Source: an uncultured Nitrososphaerota archaeon (GTDB lineage Archaea; Thermoproteota; EX4484-205; JAAOZP01). Taken from it: a DNA stretch of 64,000 bases. The notes beneath the pieces were generated by a model that was given only the letters and a program-made list of their open reading frames with translations, was not told the DNA's origin and did no database searches. Of the stretch, positions 1 to 9,474 are shown in pieces; the first letter of the stretch is position 1; the number at the start of each line of letters is the position of its first letter. The stretch covers positions 160,001 through 224,000 of the forward strand of contig CAYQCW010000001.1 in NCBI GenBank assembly GCA_964416155.1. The letters run 5' to 3'. The position numbers and the translations under genes were made by a program.

Positions 1-1
1 C

Positions 2-2587
2 GGGAAGGAAGCCGGCATGAGCGATGGTAAGCCCTATGCTTGGCAGCGTCCGCAGACGGTTGAAATCACGGGCCTGCTGCATGCTGGTCTGAATGTTTTC
101 GCGATCAAGGCGACTAACACCGGCGGTCATGCAGGCGTGCTCGGGAAGATAATAGTTGAGTTTGAAAACGGTGTGCCATTCATTCTAGTTACTGACGGAA
201 CTTGGAAATCCTCCATGCATTCCGAAGAGGGATGGGAGAATCCTGATTATAATGATGCCGGATGGATTGGTGCGCTCGAGCTGGGTGACTTTAGAACCGC
301 ACCGTGGGGAGTTTTACCAACGAGACCCCCGTATGTTCGGCCACCACCATTTTTTAGGAAAGGATTCACTGTTAGGAAAAAGGTTAGGCAGGCTTTTATT
401 TACGTTAGCGCTCTAGGGAGCTGTGAGCTACGCTTAAACGGTAAGCGCGTCACCGAGGATTATTTCATACCAGGATGGCCTGACTACCGGAGACGCGCGT
501 ACTACCGTACTTACGAGGCTACGGGTCTTCTTAATCCGGGAGAGAACGCGATAGGGGTGATTCTGAACGGCGAATGGTACTCTGGGTATCAAGGAGGATG
601 GGGTAGGATGAACAAGTTTGGACGCGGCCCTCGCCTACTCGTGCAGCTGGAGATAGAGTACGATGATGGTGAGCGCCAGCTTGTCGTCAGCGATGAAAAT
701 TGGAAGGCAACATACGGGCCGATTCTAGAAGCCGATAACTACATGGGTGAAACCTATGATGCTAGGCGCGAGACCCACGGATGGGATGAGCCTTGGTTTA
801 AAGACGATGATTGGGGGAACGTTTCTGTGGATTATTTAAGCTTACAGCTGACGGCCCATCCTGGTGAACCCGTTAGGAAAACGATGGAGCTGCCAGCCCA
901 GTCGGCGAGAGAGATCAGCCCCGGGGTCTTCATATTCGATTTCGGTCAGAACATGGTTGGCGTCGTTAGGCTACGAGTTAGAAACGCGGAGCCAGGCATG
1001 AGGATCATGCTGCGTTTCGCCGAAGTCCTTAATACTGACGGCACTATACACACTGCAAACCTTAGGGGGGCCAGAGCCGCGGACACCTATATTTGCAAAG
1101 GCGGCGGCGAGGAGCTTTTTGAGCCGCGTTTCACATACCATGGATTCAGGTATGTCGAGGTCACAGGCTACCCGGGTAAACCACTTATGGATGCTGTGAC
1201 AGGCATCGTTATTCACACGGATATTCCGATAGCCGGAAGCTTCAGATGCTCAAACCCGCTTTTAAACAGGCTTGTGCAAAACATTCTTTGGAGCCTGCGA
1301 GGCAACTATTTCGAGGTGCCGACGGATTGCCCGCAGCGCGACGAGCGGCAGGGCTGGACAGGGGACGCGCAGATCTTTGCAAGAACCGCAGCCTACCTTG
1401 CCGATATCTCAGCCTTCATGACTAAATGGTTGATCGACCTGAACGACAGTCAGAGAGAAGACGGAGCCTATCCTGATGTTGCACCCGCGACCGGAGCAGG
1501 TTTTGGAACACCCTGCTGGGGGGATGCGGGAATCATCATACCCTACGTGCTTTGGCGGACTTACGGCGATACACGGGTAATCCGGCTTCACTACGAGAAG
1601 ATGAGGCGCTACATCAATTATCTTTTAGAGAACAGCAAAGGTTTCCTTCGGCCGGAAATAGGGTATGGCGACTGGGTTCCAGCGGGTTCTGAAACACCTA
1701 GGGACGTGCTTGCAACAGCCTATTTCGCATACGTTGTTAAGCTTATGGCTGAAATGGCCCGGGAAATGGGGAAAACGGATGATGCGAAACTCTTTGAAGC
1801 AAAATTCTTTGGAGAATTGTTCAACAATGTTCGCTCAGCATTTCTTAAAGAGTACGTTCAACCAGATGGGAGGGTAAAAGGTGAAACGCAGACATGTTAC
1901 GCCCTAGCACTTGATTTAAGACTGCTTCCCGAGGAGATGGAGAAAACAGTGTTAGAACGCTTGGTCAAGGATATTGAGGATCGCGGATGGCATCTCACCA
2001 CAGGATTCATAGGGACGCTGCACCTCATGCGGGCACTCGCCAAGGCCGGTAGGACTGACGTGGCTTACAGGCTTCTCCTGCAGGAAACCTATCCATCGTG
2101 GCTCTACCCGGTGAAACTTGGAGCTACAACCATTTGGGAACGGTGGAACAGTATGACTGAAGAAGGCATACATGAACCTGGGATGAACTCCTTCAACCAT
2201 TACGCTTTCGGAAGCGTGGGCGAATGGCTTTTCTCAACCGTTGCAGGAATAGATGCTGAAGACATAGGTTTTAAACGCATTATTATCAAGCCGAAGCCTT
2301 TAAGAGAACTGGGATGCGTTCACGCGAGCCACGAGTCGATTCGTGGGAAAGTCTCAGTAGACTGGTGGTTCTCCGGCGAAACTTTCAACTTGCAGCTCAT
2401 TATCCCAGCGAATACTTCAGCATTAGTATATGTTCCAACAACTGAACTGGGGAGGGTGATGGAGAGTGGGAAGCCTGCTGAAAAATCTGAATGCGTCGAG
2501 CTGATCGGTATGAGAGAGGGCTGCGTCGTATACAGAGTCCTGTCCGGAAGCTACAGTTTCACAGTGGCACAAGGATGCTTACACTAG
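2..2587 (+). CDS. Alpha-L-rhamnosidase (GH78), probably 5'-truncated by the window edge
   Basis: Motifs DFGQN, FTYHGFRYVE, PTDCPQRDERQGWTGDAQ, GATTIWERW and NSFNHY. The frame is open from base 2 (GKEAG) before the Met at 17. Confidence 0.93.
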   Translation, partial: GKEAGMSDGKPYAWQRPQTVEITGLLHAGLNVFAIKATNTGGHAGVLGKIIVEFENGVPFILVTDGTWKSSMHSEEGWENPDYNDAGWIGALELGDFRTAPWGVLPTRPPYVRPPPFFRKGFTVRKKVRQAFIYVSALGSCELRLNGKRVTEDYFIPGWPDYRRRAYYRTYEATGLLNPGENAIGVILNGEWYSGYQGGWGRMNKFGRGPRLLVQLEIEYDDGERQLVVSDENWKATYGPILEADNYMGETYDARRETHGWDEPWFKDDDWGNVSVDYLSLQLTAHPGEPVRKTMELPAQSAREISPGVFIFDFGQNMVGVVRLRVRNAEPGMRIMLRFAEVLNTDGTIHTANLRGARAADTYICKGGGEELFEPRFTYHGFRYVEVTGYPGKPLMDAVTGIVIHTDIPIAGSFRCSNPLLNRLVQNILWSLRGNYFEVPTDCPQRDERQGWTGDAQIFARTAAYLADISAFMTKWLIDLNDSQREDGAYPDVAPATGAGFGTPCWGDAGIIIPYVLWRTYGDTRVIRLHYEKMRRYINYLLENSKGFLRPEIGYGDWVPAGSETPRDVLATAYFAYVVKLMAEMAREMGKTDDAKLFEAKFFGELFNNVRSAFLKEYVQPDGRVKGETQTCYALALDLRLLPEEMEKTVLERLVKDIEDRGWHLTTGFIGTLHLMRALAKAGRTDVAYRLLLQETYPSWLYPVKLGATTIWERWNSMTEEGIHEPGMNSFNHYAFGSVGEWLFSTVAGIDAEDIGFKRIIIKPKPLRELGCVHASHESIRGKVSVDWWFSGETFNLQLIIPANTSALVYVPTTELGRVMESGKPAEKSECVELIGMREGCVVYRVLSGSYSFTVAQGCLH

Positions 2588-2632
2588 TGTTATCACTATT
2601 CTCTTAAACCTTCGAAAATAGTTCAGCAACCC

Positions 2633-3383
2633 CTAGCATGCTAAAACTCTCTTACCTGCTTGAGTTTCGGCAGCAGCCATCCTCATAAAGCCCAAGTCGC
2701 TGCCCACGTTTAACAGTCTAAATCCCAGCTCTATGTGTTTCTCAGCGTCCTTAGGATTGGACGCTATCCCCGGGCATACGTCTGTCCCCTTGTGCATTTT
2801 GGCCACGTGCCTTATTGCCTCAACGACCCTCGGCTCATCAGGGTAGCCTAGGCAGCCTAGGGAAGCAGACAAGTCTGCAGGGCCCACCATCGTGCCATCC
2901 ACACCCGGAACAGAAAGGATTTCAAGTTTCTCAACGCATCAACAGTTTCTATTTGAACAACGACCACGATACTCTCATTAGCTCCCTAACGTACTCGGTG
3001 AAACCCCCATGCCATAATGGCCTCCTTGGGCCGCAACCCCTAATCCCATCAGGAGGATACTTGCAGGCCATAACCGCTTTCATAGCCTCATCCCTACTGT
3101 TAACCCAGGGAACAATAACACCCGTAGGCCCTAGGTCGAGAGCCCTCTTTATATAAACAGGATCGTTCCAAGGAACCCTGACCAGGGTTGCTGCTTCAGA
3201 CTTTCCAATGGCTTGAAGAATCGTTTGAACATCCTTGAAATCAAGCGGGCAATGCTCCATGTCTATCCAGAACCAGCCTAACCCCCAAGGTGCCCATGAG
3301 CTCAGCGACATCTGGCTCCGGAGTCTCTATTTTGTACCTATTAATACCTCTCCATTCCTCATCCTTTCCTTAAAGCTGCTCAT
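2633..3383 (-). pseudogene. HpcH/HpaI aldolase family pseudogene
   Basis: ATG at 3383 (MSSFKERMRNGEVLIGT) is followed by TAG at 3329-3327. Motifs IETPEPDVAEL, WIDMEH, RALDLGPTGVIVP, VVVQIET and GPADLS lie in alternating frames, requiring about 4 frameshifts. Confidence 0.85.
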
Positions 3384-3454
3384 GCTTTCTCGCGGACAAC
3401 CCGGCTTGGAGCCCTAAAAGCTTTTTATCCCTATATCACAAATACAGGAAACCC

Positions 3455-4603
3455 GTGGAATCGACAACGCCTCGAGAAAGGTTTCTCCAAGTAGCCTTGT
3501 TTAAAAACCCTGATAAGATACCGTTGTGGGGTGTAGGAAGCGTTAGGCCAGCCGCGTTGAGAAAATGGATTCAGCAGGGTCTTCCGGAAAACACGTCGGT
3601 AGCTGAATACCTTGGCGTCAAGGGCTGCGAGGTTGAAGCCGTCAACATATCATCCTACCCGAGTGAAGGATTCGAGTGGAAGCCAGACCCAGGCTTAATC
3701 GACCTTGGGCCTAGGCCAGCGTTCGAATACCGGGTGGTAAGGGAGGACGAGAGACACAGGGTTTGGGTTGACAGCCTAGGGATAACGCAGACAGGGTTTC
3801 AGGATGATTGGAAAAACGGGTGGAGCGGCTTCGCTACTAGAAGCTGGGTTGACTTCCCGGTTAAGACCCGCGAAGACTTCTTAAAGATTAAGAAGCGTTA
3901 CGACCCCACCGCTGAGAGATACCCTAGGAACTGGGATTCCCAGGTTAAAAAACACCGGGAGAGAAACTATCCGCTATACGTATCCATCAGGGGACCATTC
4001 TGGTGGGCTAGGGACATGGTTGGCTTAAAGGGTATTGCACTCGGAATCTATAGGAACCCGGGGCTTATAAAGGAAATAATGGATTTCTGCGCAGAGTTTC
4101 AAACTCGAGTCCTGCATAGGGCTCTAGAGGATTTAGACTTCGTGATCTTAAATGAGGACATGGCTTACAAGAATGGGCCGATGATAGGGCCTGAAACCGT
4201 TAAAGAGTTCATGAGCACAGCATACTGCGAGATAGCCAAGTTCTTCCGAGAGCATGGCGTGAAGATTCTAATCGTGGATAGTGACGGAAACGTGGAACAG
4301 CTGATATCTATTTGGCTTAAGCTTGGTTTTAACGGTATAATACCGTGTGAAGTGGCAGCAGGTATGGATGTGGTTAAACTCGGAGAGAATCACCCTAGCT
4401 TGATAATGATAGGCGGGATAGATAAGAGGGTGCTTGCCAAGGATAAGGATTCAGTGAAAAAGGAGGTTGAGCGGAAGATTCCCCCGCTTGTAAGGAGGAA
4501 AGGATATTTCCCGAGCGTCGACCATGCTGTACCTGTTGACGTGCCTCTTGAAAACTACAAGTATTTTACTGCACTTTTAAAGAAACATTGTGGATGGGAA
4601 TGA
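3455..4603 (+). CDS. Uroporphyrinogen decarboxylase/MtaA-like TIM-barrel protein of unknown function
   Basis: N-terminal TPRERF; motifs EDMAYKNGPMIGP, DSDG, GGIDKR and VDHAVP. GTG start. Confidence 0.8.
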   Translation: MESTTPRERFLQVALFKNPDKIPLWGVGSVRPAALRKWIQQGLPENTSVAEYLGVKGCEVEAVNISSYPSEGFEWKPDPGLIDLGPRPAFEYRVVREDERHRVWVDSLGITQTGFQDDWKNGWSGFATRSWVDFPVKTREDFLKIKKRYDPTAERYPRNWDSQVKKHRERNYPLYVSIRGPFWWARDMVGLKGIALGIYRNPGLIKEIMDFCAEFQTRVLHRALEDLDFVILNEDMAYKNGPMIGPETVKEFMSTAYCEIAKFFREHGVKILIVDSDGNVEQLISIWLKLGFNGIIPCEVAAGMDVVKLGENHPSLIMIGGIDKRVLAKDKDSVKKEVERKIPPLVRRKGYFPSVDHAVPVDVPLENYKYFTALLKKHCGWE

Positions 4604-4612
4604 TTAATACTT

Positions 4613-5971
4613 TTAAAGGTAGGCGCCCTGTTGAATTAATGTTTCCCTAAGCTCTTTTCCATCGAGTTGCCTTGGCCTTACACCCTTTTTAACGCATAGG
4701 GCGGCAGCAACGCCCGCAGCCTGCCCTATTGCCCTCATGTTAGGCTGGATCCTAACCGCACCGTGGGCTTCGAAGGACGCTGACAGAGCCCTGCATGCAA
4801 CAATCAGGTTTTCAACCCTCAATGGTATCAGTGATCTGAAAGGTATTTCATGGTACTCGTCAGGGCCTAGTTTTCTCTCCCCTGGCAGACGGCCGGTTGG
4901 CAGATGTATGTCAATCGGATACCTGTTTCTCGAAACAGCGTCTTCAAACTTCTTGGCGTTAAAATAGTCCTGCGCGGAAAGAACATACTCGCCGATTATT
5001 CTTCGAGACTCCCTTACGCCGACCATCGGAGCAGTCATGGCCAAGTAGGAGTTTTCGAAACCAGGTATTTTCTTCTTTAAGAACTTGAAAAGCCTGATTA
5101 TTCTCCTCCTACCCTGTATCACCGCCTCTGTGAGATGTTCCGCGTTAAACCCCTTTAAATTACCTAATATTCTTGGACAGTTGAACGCGATAACTCCCGG
5201 CATCCCAGGCACGCTGAACGCTTGAAAATAAGCTATGTCCGAATCCTCCAAAATGCCTTCTTCAACACCCTCTATGAAGTATTTTTCAAGCGGCCATCCT
5301 CCACCCGGGACCATTGCGAACTCTATTAGCGGGGGGTCGACATAGCTCCTGCTGTCTTTTTCAACCAGGAAAACGGCAAGTTTATCGATGTTGACGTTTC
5401 CCACCATGAATCTTAACGACATCGGTTGGCTAACCCCGTCCTCTTTTCTCCCAGATTCGAAAGGAGCCCCTGCTAGCGCAGCAACATCCCCGTCGCCAGT
5501 TGAGTCTATAACAATTTTCGAAAAAACAGCCTGTCTCCCAGACTTGTTCGCCACCACTATTCCCCTGATTTCATCACCCTCCATTATAACGTCCTCTACA
5601 AGCGTGAAATAGAGAACCCTTCCACCAGCCTCTAGAACCATTTCCTCCAACACGAATTTTAAGGCCTCCGGATTAAACCAACCCTCATTACCATTTTTAT
5701 CGATGGCTGCACAACACATTTCCAGAAGACGCTGCTGTATCTCCTGGCTTATCCCTCTGACAAGCGGCTTCCCCACGTGGTTCGGCATCATCGGCACCAC
5801 GAGTGCTGCCGACCCGCTTCCACCTAGAAAACCGAATTGCTCGACTAAAAGGGTTTTCACACCGTTTCTCGCAGCAGCTATTGCAGCCACAGCTCCAGCA
5901 GTACCGCCACCCGCTACGACCACGTCGAAAAACCCATACGGATTAAGCCGTCTAGCCTCCTCCAGTTTCAT
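4613..5971 (-). CDS. FAD-dependent oxidoreductase (FAD_oxidored family)
   Basis: GGGTAG dinucleotide-binding motif; IDSTGDGD, VRESRRIIGEY, YPIDIH, IPFRSLIP, GQAAG. Confidence 0.88.
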   Translation of the reverse strand: MKLEEARRLNPYGFFDVVVAGGGTAGAVAAIAAARNGVKTLLVEQFGFLGGSGSAALVVPMMPNHVGKPLVRGISQEIQQRLLEMCCAAIDKNGNEGWFNPEALKFVLEEMVLEAGGRVLYFTLVEDVIMEGDEIRGIVVANKSGRQAVFSKIVIDSTGDGDVAALAGAPFESGRKEDGVSQPMSLRFMVGNVNIDKLAVFLVEKDSRSYVDPPLIEFAMVPGGGWPLEKYFIEGVEEGILEDSDIAYFQAFSVPGMPGVIAFNCPRILGNLKGFNAEHLTEAVIQGRRRIIRLFKFLKKKIPGFENSYLAMTAPMVGVRESRRIIGEYVLSAQDYFNAKKFEDAVSRNRYPIDIHLPTGRLPGERKLGPDEYHEIPFRSLIPLRVENLIVACRALSASFEAHGAVRIQPNMRAIGQAAGVAAALCVKKGVRPRQLDGKELRETLIQQGAYL

Positions 5972-6048
5972 CCGTACCCTTTTAGGCTAAAAGCATATTT
6001 TAATCTAACTCAACCATGGACGATAGACACTTGGAAGGCTGATAGTGT

Positions 6049-7128
6049 TTAGAACCTTGAAAACGCTTCTTTAACCGCATCCTTCAGCTCGGGATGCTGC
6101 AACGGGTATAGGAAGAAGCAAACACCGTTCGAACCTTTTTCTAACGCTACGTTCACGGCTTCCTCCACATCCCTTCTGCTTCTTAAGAATTCAAACTGTA
6201 TTCCGGCAACTATCATCTTGCCGCATGAAACGCCCTCCATGACTGCTTCGCCAATCCATCTTATGTTTTTCCCATAGTACTCATGGTATATCATTGGTTC
6301 GAAACTGTCAAGCGGCCATTCGCACCACTTTTGGAAAACAATCCTGTACGCGTATCCCGGCGTTGCAAAAACAGCGGCTGAAGTCTCAACAGTATTATCA
6401 TACTTTTTCACAGCCTTATGGAAGTTTTTAACTATTTCAGTAACCCTTTCTGCTCTCCATGCATGCCACTCACACCATTTTCTCGACCCGAACCTGATTT
6501 CGAAAGGATCTATGCCAAACTCTTTCTTAAACCCGTTTCTACATTTTTCACAATAGCAGAAGTCGAACTTCTCCCTGTAGACATCTATCTCCCTTTCCAA
6601 CCCGTATCTTTCTCTTAACGCTTCAGGGAGGAAAATATCCGGAAGCCTAATATAGTCTAGATGAACTCCGTCAAAGTCATAAGTCTCCATAAGCTCCTGA
6701 ACCGTTCCGGAGAAGTAGCTCTTAACCTCGTCGTTCGACGGGCAAAGCCATTTGTAGCTTTCAACGTAAGGCGGGTTGTCAACGCAGCTCTTTCCCTCCC
6801 TGCTGACTACAAACCAGTCCTTTCTCTTAGCAGCCAGCTCATCGTTCGGCTTGTTTAAAGCAACCACCCAGGCATGGACCTTCAATCCGCTTCTCTTAGC
6901 TTCCTTTATAATGTCTCCTATCAAGCTTCTTTCAGCAACCCCCTTTGTAACAACCGAAAACTTGGCGGGGTAAAGGGCCCCTTCGCCATCTATGCTTAGC
7001 AGAAAAATTTCATCTGCACCCATCTCCACAATTTCTCTAACGTGTTTCTCAGGGTTTTGGGCAATAGGCCTCGGATTCACCCAGAATGCTTTTTTATAAC
7101 CGCTAGTCATAGTGAGCATCTTAAGCAA
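6049..7128 (-). CDS. Glycoside hydrolase-like family 10 (GHL10/DUF187) protein
   Basis: GLKVHAW, WLCPSN, YDFDGVHLDYIR, CYCEKC, PMIY. Confidence 0.8.
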   Translation of the reverse strand: MLKMLTMTSGYKKAFWVNPRPIAQNPEKHVREIVEMGADEIFLLSIDGEGALYPAKFSVVTKGVAERSLIGDIIKEAKRSGLKVHAWVVALNKPNDELAAKRKDWFVVSREGKSCVDNPPYVESYKWLCPSNDEVKSYFSGTVQELMETYDFDGVHLDYIRLPDIFLPEALRERYGLEREIDVYREKFDFCYCEKCRNGFKKEFGIDPFEIRFGSRKWCEWHAWRAERVTEIVKNFHKAVKKYDNTVETSAAVFATPGYAYRIVFQKWCEWPLDSFEPMIYHEYYGKNIRWIGEAVMEGVSCGKMIVAGIQFEFLRSRRDVEEAVNVALEKGSNGVCFFLYPLQHPELKDAVKEAFSRF

Positions 7129-7272
7129 CGTTTTTATAAGCTTTTATCGGTAGTCGAAAAAGACGTATGTAAACCAGTTTTAAACAATTTAATGGTATTT
7201 CTTGGGGGAAAACCGTGTTTTCTCAGCAACCCATTTTTAAATATGGGGTTTTGTTAGGTTAAGCAAGCAGAA

Positions 7273-7992
7273 TTGGGGAACAAGAAAATATCCATAGTGG
7301 TGCCAACGTTCAACGAGGAAAAATATGTTGAAAAACTGCTCATATCGCTAAGCTGGCAAACAATACCTAGGGCAGACTACGAAATCATCATTGTAGACGG
7401 GGGCAGCAGAGACAGAACCTTAGAAATATGTAGAAAGTATGCTGACAAGACAGTGATGCAGGAGACTCCTACGGTCGGAGGGGCGAGAAACGACGGGGTG
7501 AAAAATGCTGAGGCGGATCTGGTTTTCACAACAGACGCGGACTGCATGGTCACGCCCAACTTGCTTGAGAGAATAATTCACGATTTTAACACTCACCCGG
7601 ATGTCGTTATGGTGTATGGCGTGGTGACCCCGATAGAGAGGAATTTTAAAAACACTTTTCTGATAGAGTTGAACAATGTTTTCGTGAAAACCCTTTACAG
7701 GTTTAAGATATACCTGAGTGTCGGTGCCAACACTTCTTTTAGAAAGAGACACTTCATGGTTATGAAGGGTTTTCCAGCGGTAGGCGCCGGGGACGACTAT
7801 GGGCTTCAATTCAGAATGAGGAAGATTGGGAGAATAATGTTTGACGGAGGGCTTAGAGTTTACTTCTCAATGAGAAGATATGAGAAGTATGGTTTTGGCA
7901 GAAGCTTCTACGAATGGCTTTACAACGTTTTTAGTGAACTTCTCAAAAGAAGGGTTCCGCCTGAAAAAAGATACTATAGAAAACTGTATTAA
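7273..7992 (+). CDS. GT2 glycosyltransferase
   Basis: ISIVVPTFNEE, VDGGSRD, ARNDG, DAD motif, SMRRY. Confidence 0.9.
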   Translation: MGNKKISIVVPTFNEEKYVEKLLISLSWQTIPRADYEIIIVDGGSRDRTLEICRKYADKTVMQETPTVGGARNDGVKNAEADLVFTTDADCMVTPNLLERIIHDFNTHPDVVMVYGVVTPIERNFKNTFLIELNNVFVKTLYRFKIYLSVGANTSFRKRHFMVMKGFPAVGAGDDYGLQFRMRKIGRIMFDGGLRVYFSMRRYEKYGFGRSFYEWLYNVFSELLKRRVPPEKRYYRKLY

Positions 7993-8128
7993 TTTTTCAT
8001 GAATTCTTATTCTAGAAAAGAGAACGAAAACAGTAAAATAGTAGCGTTAATGTTTGAAAAAGACATTTGGCTTAGACCACTGCATACCTTTAGAAAGCTT
8101 TTTAACCACGCACGTTAAAAACTTCAAC

Positions 8129-8485
8129 ATGCTGCCGGCGGATGTTCCAGTAATCCTCTTCAGCACAACGCAGTCCCTAACACTATTCTGGGCAATGGAT
8201 AAGGCGACCAGAATAGTTTTAAACAGGGTTAAAACTAAGAATTATGAGTTCTCAGTAAGGGGGCTTAGAATCCACCACTGGTTGATTGGAGCAATAGTTG
8301 CTGTGCTCGGCGTATTAACCTTTTCAGTCCAAAACCTGATGATGATCATGTATGAGACCGGCCTTGCCAGCATCCCTTGGAAGCTTGGTTCAAGCACTGT
8401 AACCGTAGGATTCAGGATTTTCCTAGACGATTTAAAGGATTTGAAGAGGCAGTTTAAGGGCTTCATCAGGATGATAAAAAGATAA
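8129..8485 (+). CDS. Small membrane protein of unknown function (RIHHW motif)
   Basis: Hydrophobic helices with RIHHWLIG. A TATA-like CTTTTTAA near 8098 favours ATG 8129 over TTG 8054. Confidence 0.55.
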   Translation: MLPADVPVILFSTTQSLTLFWAMDKATRIVLNRVKTKNYEFSVRGLRIHHWLIGAIVAVLGVLTFSVQNLMMIMYETGLASIPWKLGSSTVTVGFRIFLDDLKDLKRQFKGFIRMIKR

Positions 8486-8493
8486 ATCAGACT

Positions 8494-9471
8494 GTGCTGC
8501 GAGTTTTTAACAGGTTGAGCGTAGTGCTTGGAGTGGATCTTGGAGCATCCAACGTCAGGGTTGCTTTATCAGACGCAAATGGAAGGATTCTTCTGAAAAA
8601 ATCAGAGAGAACAACGGGTGTAACAGGATTGGATATTGTGAGGCAGATCGTTGAAATGGGTAGAAGTGCTCTTGACTCTCTAGGTTTTACGGATAAAAAC
8701 CTGAAAGCAGTTGGAGTTGGGTCAATAGGCCCACTTGACTTGAAGAAAGGCCTGATCGCCAACCCTCCCAATCTGCGGGTGGGCATAATTCCCATTGTGG
8801 AAGGTATTGAAAAATATTTTAACGTGCCTGTTAGACTTTTGAACGATTGTGTAGCGGCCGTATTAGGGGAAAAAAGATTTGGAGCCGGCAGGAATCTTGA
8901 AAACATTGTTTACGTTACGATAAGCACCGGGATAGGTGGTGGAGCATTAGTCGACGGGCATCTCCTGCTTGGAAAAGATGGTAATGCACATGAGGTTGGC
9001 CACATAGTGGTGGATAAGGAGGGGATTCTCGAATGCGGATGCGGAAAGCCGGGACATTGGGAAGCGTATTGCAGCGGAAGCGGAATGTTAAATTATGCTA
9101 GGCTACTCTTAAAAGAATGGGGTGTAGATTTCAGTAAGAGCTCCCTTAGAAAATATTTTCAAGATGATTTTTCAAAGACTACTTCCAAAATGCTTTTCGA
9201 TGCAGCCAGGGAAGGCGACGAATTGGCACTTAGGATCATTGAGAGAATTGGATTACTTAATGCGATTGGCTTCGCAAACATTATAAACGCATATGATCCT
9301 GAGCTGATAACAGTCGGCGGCTCAGTCGCTCTTTTCAACAGTGAACTTGTACTTGACCCAGTGAAGAAAAACGTTTCGAAGTATGCTATGAACAGATTGC
9401 CGGAAATAAAGATAACCCCGCTTGGGGAAGACGTGGTTCTCTACGGTGCTTTGGCTGCTGCACTAGAATGA
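8494..9471 (+). CDS. ROK-family sugar kinase (glucokinase-like)
   Basis: GVDLGAS, LNDC, STGIGGG, EVGH, Zn motif CGCGKPGHWE. Confidence 0.92.
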   Translation: MLRVFNRLSVVLGVDLGASNVRVALSDANGRILLKKSERTTGVTGLDIVRQIVEMGRSALDSLGFTDKNLKAVGVGSIGPLDLKKGLIANPPNLRVGIIPIVEGIEKYFNVPVRLLNDCVAAVLGEKRFGAGRNLENIVYVTISTGIGGGALVDGHLLLGKDGNAHEVGHIVVDKEGILECGCGKPGHWEAYCSGSGMLNYARLLLKEWGVDFSKSSLRKYFQDDFSKTTSKMLFDAAREGDELALRIIERIGLLNAIGFANIINAYDPELITVGGSVALFNSELVLDPVKKNVSKYAMNRLPEIKITPLGEDVVLYGALAAALE

Positions 9472-9474
9472 ATC

